A program made the translations under genes and the position numbers. Of a stretch of DNA of 64,000 nucleotides, positions 29,049-39,502 are shown in pieces. Numbering within the stretch: the stretch's first letter is position 1; each line of letters begins with the position of its first letter. The notes beneath the pieces were generated by a model that made no database searches, was not told where the DNA came from, and was given only the letters and a program-made list of their open reading frames with translations. The stretch comes from an uncultured Methanospirillum sp. (GTDB lineage Archaea; Halobacteriota; Methanomicrobia; Methanomicrobiales; Methanospirillaceae), in assembly GCA_964501255.1 (NCBI GenBank), contig CAZCSN010000007.1, positions 3,703 to 67,702 on the forward strand, read 5' to 3'.

Positions 29049-29171
29049 TCATGATGGATGCACGGTATGATTCACCCGGAATTTTTTGCGGTCAGATACA
29101 CCCGGTATGTTCCAGGGGTTACGAACGTATGAACAGGGTTTTACGCTGATAATTATCACCCCGATGCACAT
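29049..29171 (-). CDS. Candidate 40-aa small ORF
   Basis: MCIGVIIISVKPCSYVRNPWNIPGVSDRKKFRVNHTVHPS*; upstream TTTTATT, downstream hairpin plus CCTCCTCCTTTTT. Confidence 0.3.
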   Translation of the reverse strand: MCIGVIIISVKPCSYVRNPWNIPGVSDRKKFRVNHTVHPS

Positions 29172-29291
29172 AAACACTGGCTGTGATGGTTGAAAATGTG
29201 AATAAAATTGTTACAACCCGATACACAGGAAGGAACAATATCAGTATTCCATGACGTATATCTCATCAGACATCCGATATACTCAGCCAGT

Positions 29292-30038
29292 ATGAGCGAT
29301 ATCACCATCGTCTTTCATGGAACAAACGGATGGTACACCTCAAAAACCGGTTATACCACGTGTCTTACCATTGACACCCCTGACCACTTTATCATCCTCG
29401 ATGCCGGGGAGGGTTTTTCAAAGATACCTGATATGTATCCGGTCATAGCAAAACCAGCCCTCTTATTCTTCTCCCATTTCCACCTGGATCACATCTCCGG
29501 GCTGCATACCCTGGCACGGTGCAGGTTTGAGGGCGGCCTCTCCATCTATGGCCCGCCTGGTGTTCATAGACTTGCAGATTTTATCGGATATCCCTACACC
29601 GTCCCCATAGACGAACTGCCCTATCCGGTCACCATCACCGAACTACCGGAAGGGAGAAACGATTGTGGTATCACGGTCACAACCGCATTCCTTGTCCATA
29701 CCCAGCCGGTATTCGGGTACCGGTTTGACCTTGGAAAGATTATTGCATTCTGCACCGATACCGGGCCATGTGACGGAATTATCACCCTTGGGGCCGGTGC
29801 TGATCTTCTGATAACCGAATGTGCCTATCTGCCAGGCCAGGAAAATCCGGGATGGCCCCATCTCAATCCTGCAACAGCCCTTCGGATGGCACAGGAGGCT
29901 TTCGCAAAACAGCTGGCACTGGTTCATTTTGCAGCCGATCTCTATACCTCCCTTGAGCAGCGGCTTTCAATCAGAAATATCGGCCCGGAGTATTCTAATG
30001 TGATCATCGGGACCGATGATATGACTATCAGACTCTGA
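29292..30038 (+). CDS. Metallo-beta-lactamase fold hydrolase (RNase Z-like)
   Basis: GTNGW, LDAG, SHFHLDHISG, TDTG, ITEC, HL, LVHF. Confidence 0.88.
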   Translation: MSDITIVFHGTNGWYTSKTGYTTCLTIDTPDHFIILDAGEGFSKIPDMYPVIAKPALLFFSHFHLDHISGLHTLARCRFEGGLSIYGPPGVHRLADFIGYPYTVPIDELPYPVTITELPEGRNDCGITVTTAFLVHTQPVFGYRFDLGKIIAFCTDTGPCDGIITLGAGADLLITECAYLPGQENPGWPHLNPATALRMAQEAFAKQLALVHFAADLYTSLEQRLSIRNIGPEYSNVIIGTDDMTIRL

Positions 30039-30040
30039 TG

Positions 30041-30715
30041 CTAGATGGGCAGTGACGGGATGATCATCGTGGTGATCGCCCCGGTTATCCCCTCAAGCGT
30101 CAGCTGAACCGCGATCGCTGCAAGGATGAGCCCCATCAGGCGGACCAGGATCTCAATCCCCTGATTTCCGAGGATTTTCCCGATAACATCCGAGCTCAGG
30201 TTCAGTACGGTAATGAAGATCACAATTACAAGAATAACAAGAAGCCCTCCAAGGAAGGCAGTCTCAGTCGGGGCATTACTCCCAAAGAGAATTGCAGCAG
30301 CAATAGATCCCGGTCCCACATAGAGCGGAATGCCAAGCGGGACAATTATCGTTGGCAGGATAGATTCATTCCTCTCAAGAAGCATCTCTTTTCCGGTATC
30401 GGAGATGACCCGGTTCATGGTAATGGTATGTGTCCCGCTCATCATGGAGAGGGCAACGCCAAAGAGAATGATACCTCCGGCAATCTGGAACGCAGGAATA
30501 GAGATGTGAAAGAAATTTAAAACCATCTGGCCTGAAAAGAGAAAAAACGCCATTGCAAAGAAGATGAATGCCGACAGGATCAGAGCCGTCTTTCTCCTGA
30601 CCGGTGCAGGTAATGTATTGGTGTATGCGATAAAAAACGGAAGGTTTCCGAACGGATCCAGGATTGCGAAAAAGGTTCCGACTGCCCCGACCAGGTACCC
30701 GATATCTGAAACCAT
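30041..30715 (-). CDS. MarC family membrane protein
   Basis: DPFGNLPFF, FQIAGG, VPLGIPLYVGPGSI, RLMGLILAAIAVQ. Confidence 0.93.
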   Translation of the reverse strand: MVSDIGYLVGAVGTFFAILDPFGNLPFFIAYTNTLPAPVRRKTALILSAFIFFAMAFFLFSGQMVLNFFHISIPAFQIAGGIILFGVALSMMSGTHTITMNRVISDTGKEMLLERNESILPTIIVPLGIPLYVGPGSIAAAILFGSNAPTETAFLGGLLVILVIVIFITVLNLSSDVIGKILGNQGIEILVRLMGLILAAIAVQLTLEGITGAITTMIIPSLPI

Positions 30716-30847
30716 CTGTACCAGAATGATATATCACTCATGATATTGATGTGTTCTTCCTGTATCACCCGCAGGTACGTATGCTGAAATAAGGGTCAAA
30801 TACAGTCACTCCCTGATTGTCGTGAGATCGCTGAATCAACCGAACAT

Positions 30848-31141
30848 TCAGGGCAGTTTTCTGATCAGCGAATACATCTGTTCGGGGGGCATTGCCATCA
30901 GGGTTTCAGAACTGACCGTACTAAACCGGCCGATCTCAAGAAGAATAAGTCCCATGACCTCCTGTGACGGGGCCTCAATGATCGCAACAAAATCATACTG
31001 GCCAAAGGTGTAATACAGGGAGACCAGATTTCCTCCGGCCTTTTTGATAACCTCAGCAGCCCGACGGTCGCGGTCCTCAAGTTCACGGGTCTGTTCAACG
31101 GCAAGATTTGTCAGTCTTCCAAGCAGGATGAAGGTGAGCAT
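30848..31141 (-). CDS. GYD domain protein
   Basis: AGG....YYTFGQYDFVAIIEAP...SETL. Confidence 0.9.
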   Translation of the reverse strand: MLTFILLGRLTNLAVEQTRELEDRDRRAAEVIKKAGGNLVSLYYTFGQYDFVAIIEAPSQEVMGLILLEIGRFSTVSSETLMAMPPEQMYSLIRKLP

Positions 31142-31296
31142 GGAGAGTAGTCGGTGACATCAGATATAAACCTCGTGCTGAAATCCAGGAGGACCAATGA
31201 ACAGGTGATGGTCTCAAAAAGCGCCATTCGGTGGATTTTCTGTTGCTTTTTAATAATGAAACATTATTCAATGATTGTATCATATATAACCCGTTT

Positions 31297-32811
31297 ATGG
31301 GAGTGATTCAAAGTAACCGGATGTGTGTGATTGCATGCATTCTCGTCAGTTTGATAGGAATTCCGGTATGTGTCATAGGTGCCTCTGAAAATACTGCGGA
31401 TACCCTCTGGCTCCAGGCAGAGGATGCAGTATCAGCGGGTTCCTATGAACAGGCATACTATCTGTTTATGAACGCTTCAGACGCATATGCCGCGGATGGG
31501 AACGAAGGGAAAAAGAAAGACGCTCTCCGTCAGGCGAAACGAATCAGCTGGCTTTTTGCCGAGATGACACTGAACCGGACCGCTGCTGATGAGACCATTC
31601 AAACAACATTTCCAAACTTTACCGCACAGGAACGGGAGAGTTATTTAATGCCCGGAGCCTCAATCCAGTTTGAGTCAGACGGGCAGGTCTATTATTATGA
31701 AGGGATTGCACGAAATATCAGGTTTCACAACGCATCACTCAGTCAGGAATATACCCGATCACTTGGCGAATCACCGTTTTTCGATCAGATCTCACCTTTT
31801 ATCAGCGCTCCCCGTGACGAGAACAACCCGCTCTATCAGAATCATACCTTCCGCGGAACCGGATTGCTCAGTATGCCAGGGGATATGCTTCCGGAAAATG
31901 GAACATTACAGGTCTGGTTCCCGCTACCGGTCAGTACCGACAGTCAGTCAGACATAGAGGTGACATCTGTGCAGCCGGAAGAATATGTCGTATCCGGACC
32001 GGTGACGACGGGTACCATCGGAGAAGTGTACCTGGAGATACCTCTTGAAAAAATGCCTGATGATTTCGTGAATGTCTCGGTGAATGTCACATTTACGACG
32101 AGCCCCCGGATTCCGGACCCGGATCCGGAATCGATCCCGGCGTATGACACATCAGATCCGCTCTATCAGCGATATATAGGCAGCCAGCCAAATATCAACG
32201 TCACACCTGAAATTATCGCACTGGCACATGAAATCGTCGGAGATGAGACAAACCCGTATAAAAAAGCCAGGCTCATCTACGACTATATCATCAGCACCCT
32301 TCCCTACAGCAATGTGCCCCACAGTTACCTTACTGCTCTGCCAGTTGCGGAGTCTGATTTTGTGCATACCACCGGATTTGGCGATTGTGGAACCCAGAGT
32401 GCCTACTTTGCAGCATTATGCCGTGCAGTCGGTATTCCGGCACGAGCGCCAGGCGGATATCAAATCGTACCCGGCCACCAGGGAACACATTTCTGGGCAG
32501 AGTTTTACCTCCCGGCATACGGGTGGATACCTGTTGATGTAACCGTTGCAGAAGCAGCAGACTGGGCCTATAATGCAACACCAGAGCAGGTAAAAGAGTA
32601 CAAGGATTTCTTCTTCGGCAATCTCGATCCCTACCGGTTTACCATTCAGACTGATATGGATGAACCATTCAGCGGGGAGCCCCATCCGGATATTCTGCTG
32701 ACCGCTGTTCACCAGAACCCGACAGTTGTCTGCAATGAATCGGATACTGATGTTGAGATGCTTGGAATGATCCTCACATCATATACCTTTGAGGATATTA
32801 CGGGAGAATAA
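31297..32811 (+). CDS. Exported transglutaminase-like (Cys-His-Asp) protein
   Basis: Signal peptide; GDCGTQS, HFWAEFY, GWIPVD, FFGNLD. Confidence 0.88.
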   Translation: MGVIQSNRMCVIACILVSLIGIPVCVIGASENTADTLWLQAEDAVSAGSYEQAYYLFMNASDAYAADGNEGKKKDALRQAKRISWLFAEMTLNRTAADETIQTTFPNFTAQERESYLMPGASIQFESDGQVYYYEGIARNIRFHNASLSQEYTRSLGESPFFDQISPFISAPRDENNPLYQNHTFRGTGLLSMPGDMLPENGTLQVWFPLPVSTDSQSDIEVTSVQPEEYVVSGPVTTGTIGEVYLEIPLEKMPDDFVNVSVNVTFTTSPRIPDPDPESIPAYDTSDPLYQRYIGSQPNINVTPEIIALAHEIVGDETNPYKKARLIYDYIISTLPYSNVPHSYLTALPVAESDFVHTTGFGDCGTQSAYFAALCRAVGIPARAPGGYQIVPGHQGTHFWAEFYLPAYGWIPVDVTVAEAADWAYNATPEQVKEYKDFFFGNLDPYRFTIQTDMDEPFSGEPHPDILLTAVHQNPTVVCNESDTDVEMLGMILTSYTFEDITGE

Positions 32812-32835
32812 AATAGGGATCAGGCTGGATTCCCT

Positions 32836-34053
32836 TTATCCTTTTATTATTTTAGCCATTTCAAGACCGGCATCAAACGCCTGGTCAAGTTCACTGGCAT
32901 CAGGAACAAACACTACTTCAAGAGACTTTCTGACGGTAAATCCTGCTGTTTTCAGCTCGTCTGCAATCATAGCCGGAGCACCACCTTTTCCTCCCATTGA
33001 GCCGAACGTCAGGGCATACCGCTTACCGGTCCGGTCAAAGTGAAGACCTTTGAGATAGTACATGAGATCGCCAATACTTGGATAGGGCATGTCATTGATC
33101 GTCGGGACTCCAACCATCAGGCCCTTTGATTCAAGAATGTGTTTGACAATCTCCGATCGCTCATCTTCATGCAGATTGAAGATTTTTACATCACACCCGC
33201 CGGCCATGACCCCTTCAGCCAGAGCATGGGCAAGCATCCTGGTCGATCCATGCATGGTGTCATAGACAATGGTGACCTTCTCCTTCATGTGGGTCCCGGT
33301 GGCCCATCCGACATAGGCATTGATAATTTTTGCAGGATCCGTCCATATCTGACCATGCGACGGGGCAATCATCTTCACTTTGCTGATGAGATCAAGGTCA
33401 GTCAGTTCGGTTGCCTTCTTGAGGAAAAGACCTGAAAGCGGGACGATGAGGTTTGCATAGAACTTTTGTGCCGCATCCATGAGAACCGTTTCAGGAATCT
33501 CCCTGTCAAGACGCTTTGAGAAGCAGAGGTGCTGGCCGAACGCATCATTCGGGAACAAAATTCCGTCTTCCACGAGAAGAGTAAACATGGAATCCGGCCA
33601 GTGGAGGAGCGGGGCCTGCACAAATGCCAGGGTCTTTTTTCCATAGTCAAGCGTATCACCCGTTTTGATATGACGGAACACTGCTCCCTGTAATGCCGGG
33701 TAGTGCCTGAGTAATCCCTTTTCTGCAATCTCCGTGCAGTAGATGGGAGCATCAGGGAATTTTTTGTGAATCTCCGCCAGGGCACCGGAGTGATCCTTCT
33801 CGACATGGTTCTGGACGATGATGTCAATATGCAGATCCCGTCCTTCACGACTGCATGCATCAGCAATCCGCCCCCACATCTGGGCACTGTGCCCGGGGTA
33901 GACGTTGTCAATCAGAACGGTCTTCTCACCAAAGAGAAGATATGCGTTATATGTCGTTCCGTCAAGAGTATATCCGTGGTATGACCGGAGATCCCAGTCA
34001 AGGGTCCCGACCCAGTATACTCCTTCAGCCAGTTTGTATGCCTGTGCGTTCAT
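32836..34053 (-). CDS. fprA: Flavodiiron protein FprA (likely F420H2 oxidase)
   Basis: [33 protein letters not shown], flavodoxin YDTMHGST; start refined to MNAQAY. Confidence 0.93.
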   Translation of the reverse strand: MNAQAYKLAEGVYWVGTLDWDLRSYHGYTLDGTTYNAYLLFGEKTVLIDNVYPGHSAQMWGRIADACSREGRDLHIDIIVQNHVEKDHSGALAEIHKKFPDAPIYCTEIAEKGLLRHYPALQGAVFRHIKTGDTLDYGKKTLAFVQAPLLHWPDSMFTLLVEDGILFPNDAFGQHLCFSKRLDREIPETVLMDAAQKFYANLIVPLSGLFLKKATELTDLDLISKVKMIAPSHGQIWTDPAKIINAYVGWATGTHMKEKVTIVYDTMHGSTRMLAHALAEGVMAGGCDVKIFNLHEDERSEIVKHILESKGLMVGVPTINDMPYPSIGDLMYYLKGLHFDRTGKRYALTFGSMGGKGGAPAMIADELKTAGFTVRKSLEVVFVPDASELDQAFDAGLEMAKIIKG

Positions 34054-34129
34054 AATCCAACTCGTTAGTAATGATACGAACATTCTATTGTATGCGAACA
34101 AATATGAACCTTCCGAATAAGATCTGTAT
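34054..34129. promoter_or_regulatory. Divergent fprA/regulator promoter with MsvR-like CGAA half-sites
   Basis: CGAA at 34077, 34095 and 34114; TTCT-N8-CGAA (34083-34098) resembles the TTCG-N-CGAA MsvR boxes. Confidence 0.5.
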
Positions 34130-34918
34130 GTGGCAGAGCGTGGAGATGGCGAGCGAACCGGTGATGAGGACATCCGGTTATATTCATCCCGGGATCGGGT
34201 TATGGCGGTCGACAGCCAGGTCAAGAAAAGGATTCTGGAGCTGCTCCAGGAGCGGGATTATTCCTTTGATGAGATCGTCTCCCTCTGCGGAAAGGCAAAA
34301 TCGACCATATCAGTGCATGTGCATGATCTCATATCCGCCGGGCTTATTGCATCGCAGACTGACCCGCAAGACAACAGAAAAAAGATCCTGACACTTTCTT
34401 CCACTCCTATCGGCCGGCTTACAAATACTGACCGGCAGGTTTTGCCAAAGGATACACAAAAATCTGCATCTCTTCCGTTTACACCCGGCAATATTCCATC
34501 ACTGATGCGATGGGGAGTCCGGGTGTTCCGTACAGAGGCCATGGCTCTTGGTATCAATATTGATCCGGTTTTGGAACGAACAGGATGGGAGATTGGCATG
34601 GTCCTTGCTCCCCTCGTGTACGATCCGGATGTCTCGCGGATGGTTCATTTAATGGACGAGTTCTGGTCTGCTCACGGTCTGGGCTTTGTAAAACTGACCG
34701 GACAGGATCCCCTTACGCTTGAAGTGCATGGGTGCTTTGAGTGTGAGGATCTGCCCGTCACCGGTCATGGGGCCTGTTCGTTTGATATCGGAGTATTATC
34801 TGCGATATTTTCACAATACATGAAGGAACCGGTGAGAATAACAGAGATTGAATGTTATTCTGCGGGACATGATCATTGTACGTTTCTCATTGTGCCCAAA
34901 AAAATGGATGGCACCTGA
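34130..34918 (+). CDS. msvR: ArsR-HTH plus V4R redox-sensing regulator (MsvR-like)
   Basis: [16 protein letters not shown]; V4R cysteines [23 protein letters not shown]; divergent from fprA. Confidence 0.82.
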   Translation: MAERGDGERTGDEDIRLYSSRDRVMAVDSQVKKRILELLQERDYSFDEIVSLCGKAKSTISVHVHDLISAGLIASQTDPQDNRKKILTLSSTPIGRLTNTDRQVLPKDTQKSASLPFTPGNIPSLMRWGVRVFRTEAMALGINIDPVLERTGWEIGMVLAPLVYDPDVSRMVHLMDEFWSAHGLGFVKLTGQDPLTLEVHGCFECEDLPVTGHGACSFDIGVLSAIFSQYMKEPVRITEIECYSAGHDHCTFLIVPKKMDGT

Positions 34919-34987
34919 TCGAACCTGTAGTGGGTCAGTCCAAAGCCGGTTCTCAATGGTTCATACAGAGATGAAGTGGTGAACTCA

Positions 34988-35560
34988 TCACTGTTCACAT
35001 CTGCTTTGCAATGTCTCAGACACAATCATATCAAACAGCATATGAATATCCTCACGGGCGGTCTCAAACCACTCCATGAGTTCTGGTCCTGAATATTCTC
35101 TTTTTAATAGGCTTTCAGCCTGAAATACAATAATTATTGTTTCGTTTTCCAGAGCATACCGCAAACGAATATCAGTTCCTTTTTCACGCCCCTGTATGAC
35201 CCACTCCGTCATCTCTCCCCGGTTCTGACGCGAAGACACGGGTGGGGGTATCTCATGGGGATGAACAATGAGGAAGTCCGGATCATCACCGGGCAATAGG
35301 ACAAACTCATCGGTGTACCGCAGCATCAGATCATGAAACGGCCCGTCATTCCGATTATCAAGAGAATCTGCAAGCCTGCCGCGGATCACCGCCCAGCCGG
35401 GGTACGGCTTATGAAAACATATCTCAAATGGGGCCTGCATGGACGTATGGTACCGGCAGATCACCTCTCTGACCGGGGATCTTGAAAAATTATGGGGCGT
35501 GACAGACATACCGTCAGGTTCATCAGAATCAGCATTCATCATATCGGTTTCTTCTCCCAA
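34988..35560 (-). CDS. Hypothetical protein
   Basis: Long ORF filling the gap between msvR and the cupin-GNAT gene; no recognised motif. Confidence 0.55.
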   Translation of the reverse strand: MGEETDMMNADSDEPDGMSVTPHNFSRSPVREVICRYHTSMQAPFEICFHKPYPGWAVIRGRLADSLDNRNDGPFHDLMLRYTDEFVLLPGDDPDFLIVHPHEIPPPVSSRQNRGEMTEWVIQGREKGTDIRLRYALENETIIIVFQAESLLKREYSGPELMEWFETAREDIHMLFDMIVSETLQSRCEQ

Positions 35561-35593
35561 TTCTCATATAGAAACAGCGAAAAACCTGTGGGT

Positions 35594-36454
35594 ATGGTCC
35601 GGATTATATCATCTCCGCGTATTGTCACTGTAGCAGGAACTCCCCCGAAACGGATAGAAGAATATGTGGGGCGAATCATCACCGGAACACCACAGATCAG
35701 CATAGCACGGATGGTAAGCCTGGCCGGCTGGTCAGAACCATATCAGACCCCTGCCTTTGATGAATACTCCGTTGTTCTCTCCGGGATATTGCAGATCGAG
35801 ACCAATGGGGAAGTACTGGCCGTTCATTCCGGACAGGCGGTGTTGGTACCTGCAGGCTCGTCGGTCAGGTACAGCACACCAGAAGGAGCAGAGTATATCG
35901 CTGTATGCCTTCCGGCCTTCTCCCCTGATCTGGTCAACCGGGAGAAAGAGGATCAGCCGCCGTCAGAACGCCGGGGATCTGATGAGGAGCGGTATGTGAT
36001 TCATGCAGCCGGACCTGAAGCGACTGACCGGATAGAGCCCCTCTGGACGGACCTGAGAGCGTGTATGGTTGCACGAAGTGAGAAGTTTGCCGGACAGATG
36101 AGAAAGGTCAGGTTTCCTGACCGAAGGGAAGAACTCCTGCGAAAGAATTCTGACCGGCTGATTCGCATCTTTTTTGCGGTTGACAAAACGTCTGGGGATG
36201 ATATCGGATACTGCTTCTGCTCTGTGGCACCCAAAACCTTTGGAGAGATAGAATCGATATTTGTGCGTGAAGAGGCAAGAAATAAGGGAATCGGGACGAC
36301 CCTCATGGTGCATGCCCTCTCCTGGATCAAAGAAGAGGGCGGGACAGATATGAAAGTCCATGTAACCGTCGGAAACGAGGGTGTACTACCATTCTACCAG
36401 AAATTTGGTCTGTATCCACGGCAATATATCCTCCAGAACCCGGAGGGGGTATGA
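35594..36454 (+). CDS. Cupin (EutQ-like)-GNAT fusion protein
   Basis: IEEYVGR..WSEPYQTPAFDEY..VCLPAFSP then GEIESIFVREEARNKGIG..FYQKFG. Confidence 0.82.
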   Translation: MVRIISSPRIVTVAGTPPKRIEEYVGRIITGTPQISIARMVSLAGWSEPYQTPAFDEYSVVLSGILQIETNGEVLAVHSGQAVLVPAGSSVRYSTPEGAEYIAVCLPAFSPDLVNREKEDQPPSERRGSDEERYVIHAAGPEATDRIEPLWTDLRACMVARSEKFAGQMRKVRFPDRREELLRKNSDRLIRIFFAVDKTSGDDIGYCFCSVAPKTFGEIESIFVREEARNKGIGTTLMVHALSWIKEEGGTDMKVHVTVGNEGVLPFYQKFGLYPRQYILQNPEGV

Positions 36455-37017
36455 TCCATACTGCATTCATCCTCATCGATATTCAGAATGATTATTTTCC
36501 CGGTGGTGCAATGGAATGCCAGAGCAGCCATAACGCCGGGAGGAATGCAGCTCTTCTACTTACGTATGCCAGAGAGCAGCATATGATTCCCGTTCATATC
36601 AGGCACATATCAATACGCCCGAATGCTACCTTTTTTCTCCCTGGCACGAATGGTTCAGAGATATCTGATCTCGTATCCCCCGCTACTGGAGAGAAAATTA
36701 TCATAAAACATTATCCAAACAGTTTTCGGGAGACTGACCTTGCTGAATATCTTCACGCAATGCACTTACAGACCCTTGTCATAGCCGGAATGATGAGTCA
36801 TATGTGCATCGATGCGACAGTTCGTGCGGCAGCAGACCTTGGTTTTTCCTGTATCCTGGTTTATGATGCCTGTGCAACCCGGGATCTTGTCTTCAGGGAT
36901 ATGACTGTTCCTGCCCGTATGGTCCATGCGGCCTTCATGAGCTCGCTTTCAGGGCTTTATGCCACAGTTGTATCAACAAAAGAGGTTATCAGCGGAGAAG
37001 TCAGTTTCCGGACATGA
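36451..37017 (+). CDS. Cysteine hydrolase (isochorismatase family)
   Basis: IDIQNDYF, KHYPNSF, GMMSHMCIDAT. Confidence 0.92.
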   Translation: MIHTAFILIDIQNDYFPGGAMECQSSHNAGRNAALLLTYAREQHMIPVHIRHISIRPNATFFLPGTNGSEISDLVSPATGEKIIIKHYPNSFRETDLAEYLHAMHLQTLVIAGMMSHMCIDATVRAAADLGFSCILVYDACATRDLVFRDMTVPARMVHAAFMSSLSGLYATVVSTKEVISGEVSFRT

Positions 37018-37053
37018 TTACTTAATAATGTGTAACTTTCAAAAGAATTACCT

Positions 37054-37323
37054 ATGAATGCAATATATATCATCCCCTATATCATTCTCAATATCATCTC
37101 TCTTGCACTCTTTGGATATGACAAATACCAGGCAGTTCGTGAAGAGTATCGGATATCAGAGCGCCATTTGCTCGTAGTCGCATTTTTCGGACCGTTCGGT
37201 GCGTATGCAGGAATGCGGATATTCAGACATAAGATCAGAAAACCGCTCTTTTCAATCCTGGTTCCGGTATTCATCCTCATTCATGCCGGCATCTATGCCC
37301 TGATTGTTTCCGGATTCCTGTGA
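37054..37323 (+). CDS. DUF1294 membrane protein
   Basis: FGYDK..A...YRISE..L...GPFGAYAGMRIFRHKIRK. Confidence 0.9.
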   Translation: MNAIYIIPYIILNIISLALFGYDKYQAVREEYRISERHLLVVAFFGPFGAYAGMRIFRHKIRKPLFSILVPVFILIHAGIYALIVSGFL

Positions 37324-37395
37324 AGTTCATGGTGAGAGGGGGCTTTATAAGCTTCTTACCAGAACACTTTTGGTATAATCCACCGAAAAACAGGT

Positions 37396-38475
37396 ATGAT
37401 ACGAACAACGGTATCGGTAGGTGTATATCTTCTTGCACTCTCATTCTTCTGTGCCGGCGGGTGTATCGCACAGGAAACCGGCTCCGAAATTACGAGTACC
37501 GGGACGATAACATACATCGATCTTGAAGGCGGGTTTTATGGATTTATTGCATCAGACGGAACACAATACCTCCCGCTTGACCTTCCGGACGAGTTTAAAC
37601 AGGATGGCCTTATGGTGGATATTACCGGGATTAAGGAGACTGATGTGGTGACCATTCAGATGTGGGGGCAGCCGCTTCGGATTGTGTCCATCTCAAAGCA
37701 TGAAGGATTTGCCACATCTGCAGGCTGGTATGAGGGGGAGGAGGAAGGCCGTGGCCCTGAAGAGCAACTGGAGATGACAACGCTTCTGCTCAAATCGTCA
37801 ACCGCTCTTTCACAGGCACTATATGATTCTGACATACAAATCGCACATCAGGCTGCAGAGCTGAAGGGGAAGAATCTGCAGAGTGCAGATCTTCAGCCAT
37901 TCCTCAAAAAGGTCGCAGAGAGCAATCCGGCATTGTCAATTGTATCAGTCCTTGATCGGTCAGGAACCATCATCGCGGTATATCCTGATACGTACTCAGG
38001 CTTTATTGGAACAAATGTCCGTGATCAGGCACTGGTCTCGTCGGTGATCCGGGATCCAGTACCCGGGATGAGTGAGTATATCAAAACCGTTGAGGGAGAG
38101 TATGCAGTAAATATCATCTATCCGGTCTATTCATCATCCCTCTCGGTAACCGGGTACCTGTCCGTGCTGCTCAATCCAGCTCTTCTGGTCCGGTCATCTC
38201 TCCAGCCACTGGTCCAGGAAGGGCGGAATATTCTGGTTACCCAGACGGATGGCACGCTTCTCGGGCAGGTGATGACAGCCCCGGGTGCAATCGTGCAAAA
38301 CCAGTCAGAGGCGATACGAATTGATGCAATTGCAGCATCACCGGTTACATCATATCCGGCCGGGTATGATATGCTCTCACTCAACGAAGCAGTCTCATCC
38401 GGCGAGGAGCGGTATCAGGTATTCTGGAATACCGTATCTCTCCATAATACTCCCTGGAGAGTTCTTGTATTCTGA
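37396..38475 (+). CDS. Exported protein with N-terminal beta domain and Cache-like domain
   Basis: Leader ending in GGC; GTITYIDLEGGFYG; LDRSGTIIAVYP..IGTNVRDQ..SEYIKTVEG..YPVY. Confidence 0.7.
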   Translation: MIRTTVSVGVYLLALSFFCAGGCIAQETGSEITSTGTITYIDLEGGFYGFIASDGTQYLPLDLPDEFKQDGLMVDITGIKETDVVTIQMWGQPLRIVSISKHEGFATSAGWYEGEEEGRGPEEQLEMTTLLLKSSTALSQALYDSDIQIAHQAAELKGKNLQSADLQPFLKKVAESNPALSIVSVLDRSGTIIAVYPDTYSGFIGTNVRDQALVSSVIRDPVPGMSEYIKTVEGEYAVNIIYPVYSSSLSVTGYLSVLLNPALLVRSSLQPLVQEGRNILVTQTDGTLLGQVMTAPGAIVQNQSEAIRIDAIAASPVTSYPAGYDMLSLNEAVSSGEERYQVFWNTVSLHNTPWRVLVF

Positions 38476-38581
38476 TACCTCCCCCTTTTTTAAAAACCCA
38501 TACCGGCTCGTCTGATACGGGCTTTATGAGATCAGAGCACATATAGTACTTATTCCTGTAGCATCGGCGTAGTGAAGGCAC

Positions 38582-39412
38582 ATGAAGATTCATCTCTGGA
38601 AAAATCCGGTACTTTTTCTTATCATAACCCTGGTAACAATCGGAATAGCACGGGTCATTGAATATGGTATTCATGAATCAGGTCACTATCTCGCAGCCCG
38701 GATGATCGGTGTACCCACAAATCCTGATATCATTCAGGTGATCAGCTCACCCGTATACATAACCCGGTTTCAGACCTGGATATATGGGTTTTCTGAATCA
38801 TTTCAGTATCTCCCATCCCTTTCAGGATTGCCAGGTTCTTCTGCTGCATATGTCGCAATAGGGGGTCTGTTTTGTAACGCACTTGTTGCAGTGTTCTGTT
38901 TCTGGATATTCCTGAAAACCAGGGGGATGAAGAGTAAATTTGGAAACACCCTCTGCCTCTGGGTTCTTGCGTTTACCCTTGGCGCCCTCTTTTCCTATAT
39001 TCCTTTGCGGACGTTTTCAACCGGAGGGGATGTCGGTTTATTCCTCTCATCCCTCTGGATTCATCCGCTCATCTTCCTCTTTCCAACGGTCATCCTTATC
39101 CTTGCCGCTCTGATCCTGTACTACACCGTCATTCTCCCCCTGTACTGCGTGATCATCCCGGTACAAAACAGAGCCGTACGGGTGTTTCTCCTCCTCTGTT
39201 CGACGGCCATTATCCTTCTGTATATGACCGCTCCGGTTCTGGCAGAATTCCGTCTCTCTGACATCCAGGATCTCTCTGAAATAACCAGTATCTTTCCGTT
39301 TATAGCCATCGGGCAGATTATTTTTATCATAGCCCTGGTGATGGCCGGCTTTATGCGTATTTATACGGTTCGGTCATCACGGTTTTTGGATGCACGAAAG
39401 AAAAAGGGTTGA
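38582..39412 (+). CDS. Membrane metallopeptidase-like (M50-like) protein
   Basis: HESGH in a TM context, GGL..N, GGD. Confidence 0.7.
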   Translation: MKIHLWKNPVLFLIITLVTIGIARVIEYGIHESGHYLAARMIGVPTNPDIIQVISSPVYITRFQTWIYGFSESFQYLPSLSGLPGSSAAYVAIGGLFCNALVAVFCFWIFLKTRGMKSKFGNTLCLWVLAFTLGALFSYIPLRTFSTGGDVGLFLSSLWIHPLIFLFPTVILILAALILYYTVILPLYCVIIPVQNRAVRVFLLLCSTAIILLYMTAPVLAEFRLSDIQDLSEITSIFPFIAIGQIIFIIALVMAGFMRIYTVRSSRFLDARKKKG

Positions 39413-39502
39413 AATTTTTCCCTGGAAAAACCCATCAAATATCCCGTTTTTCAGGGATAAGATCACTTTTTTCAGTTCAGAGAATAATAAAACAGGGAGA
39501 AT

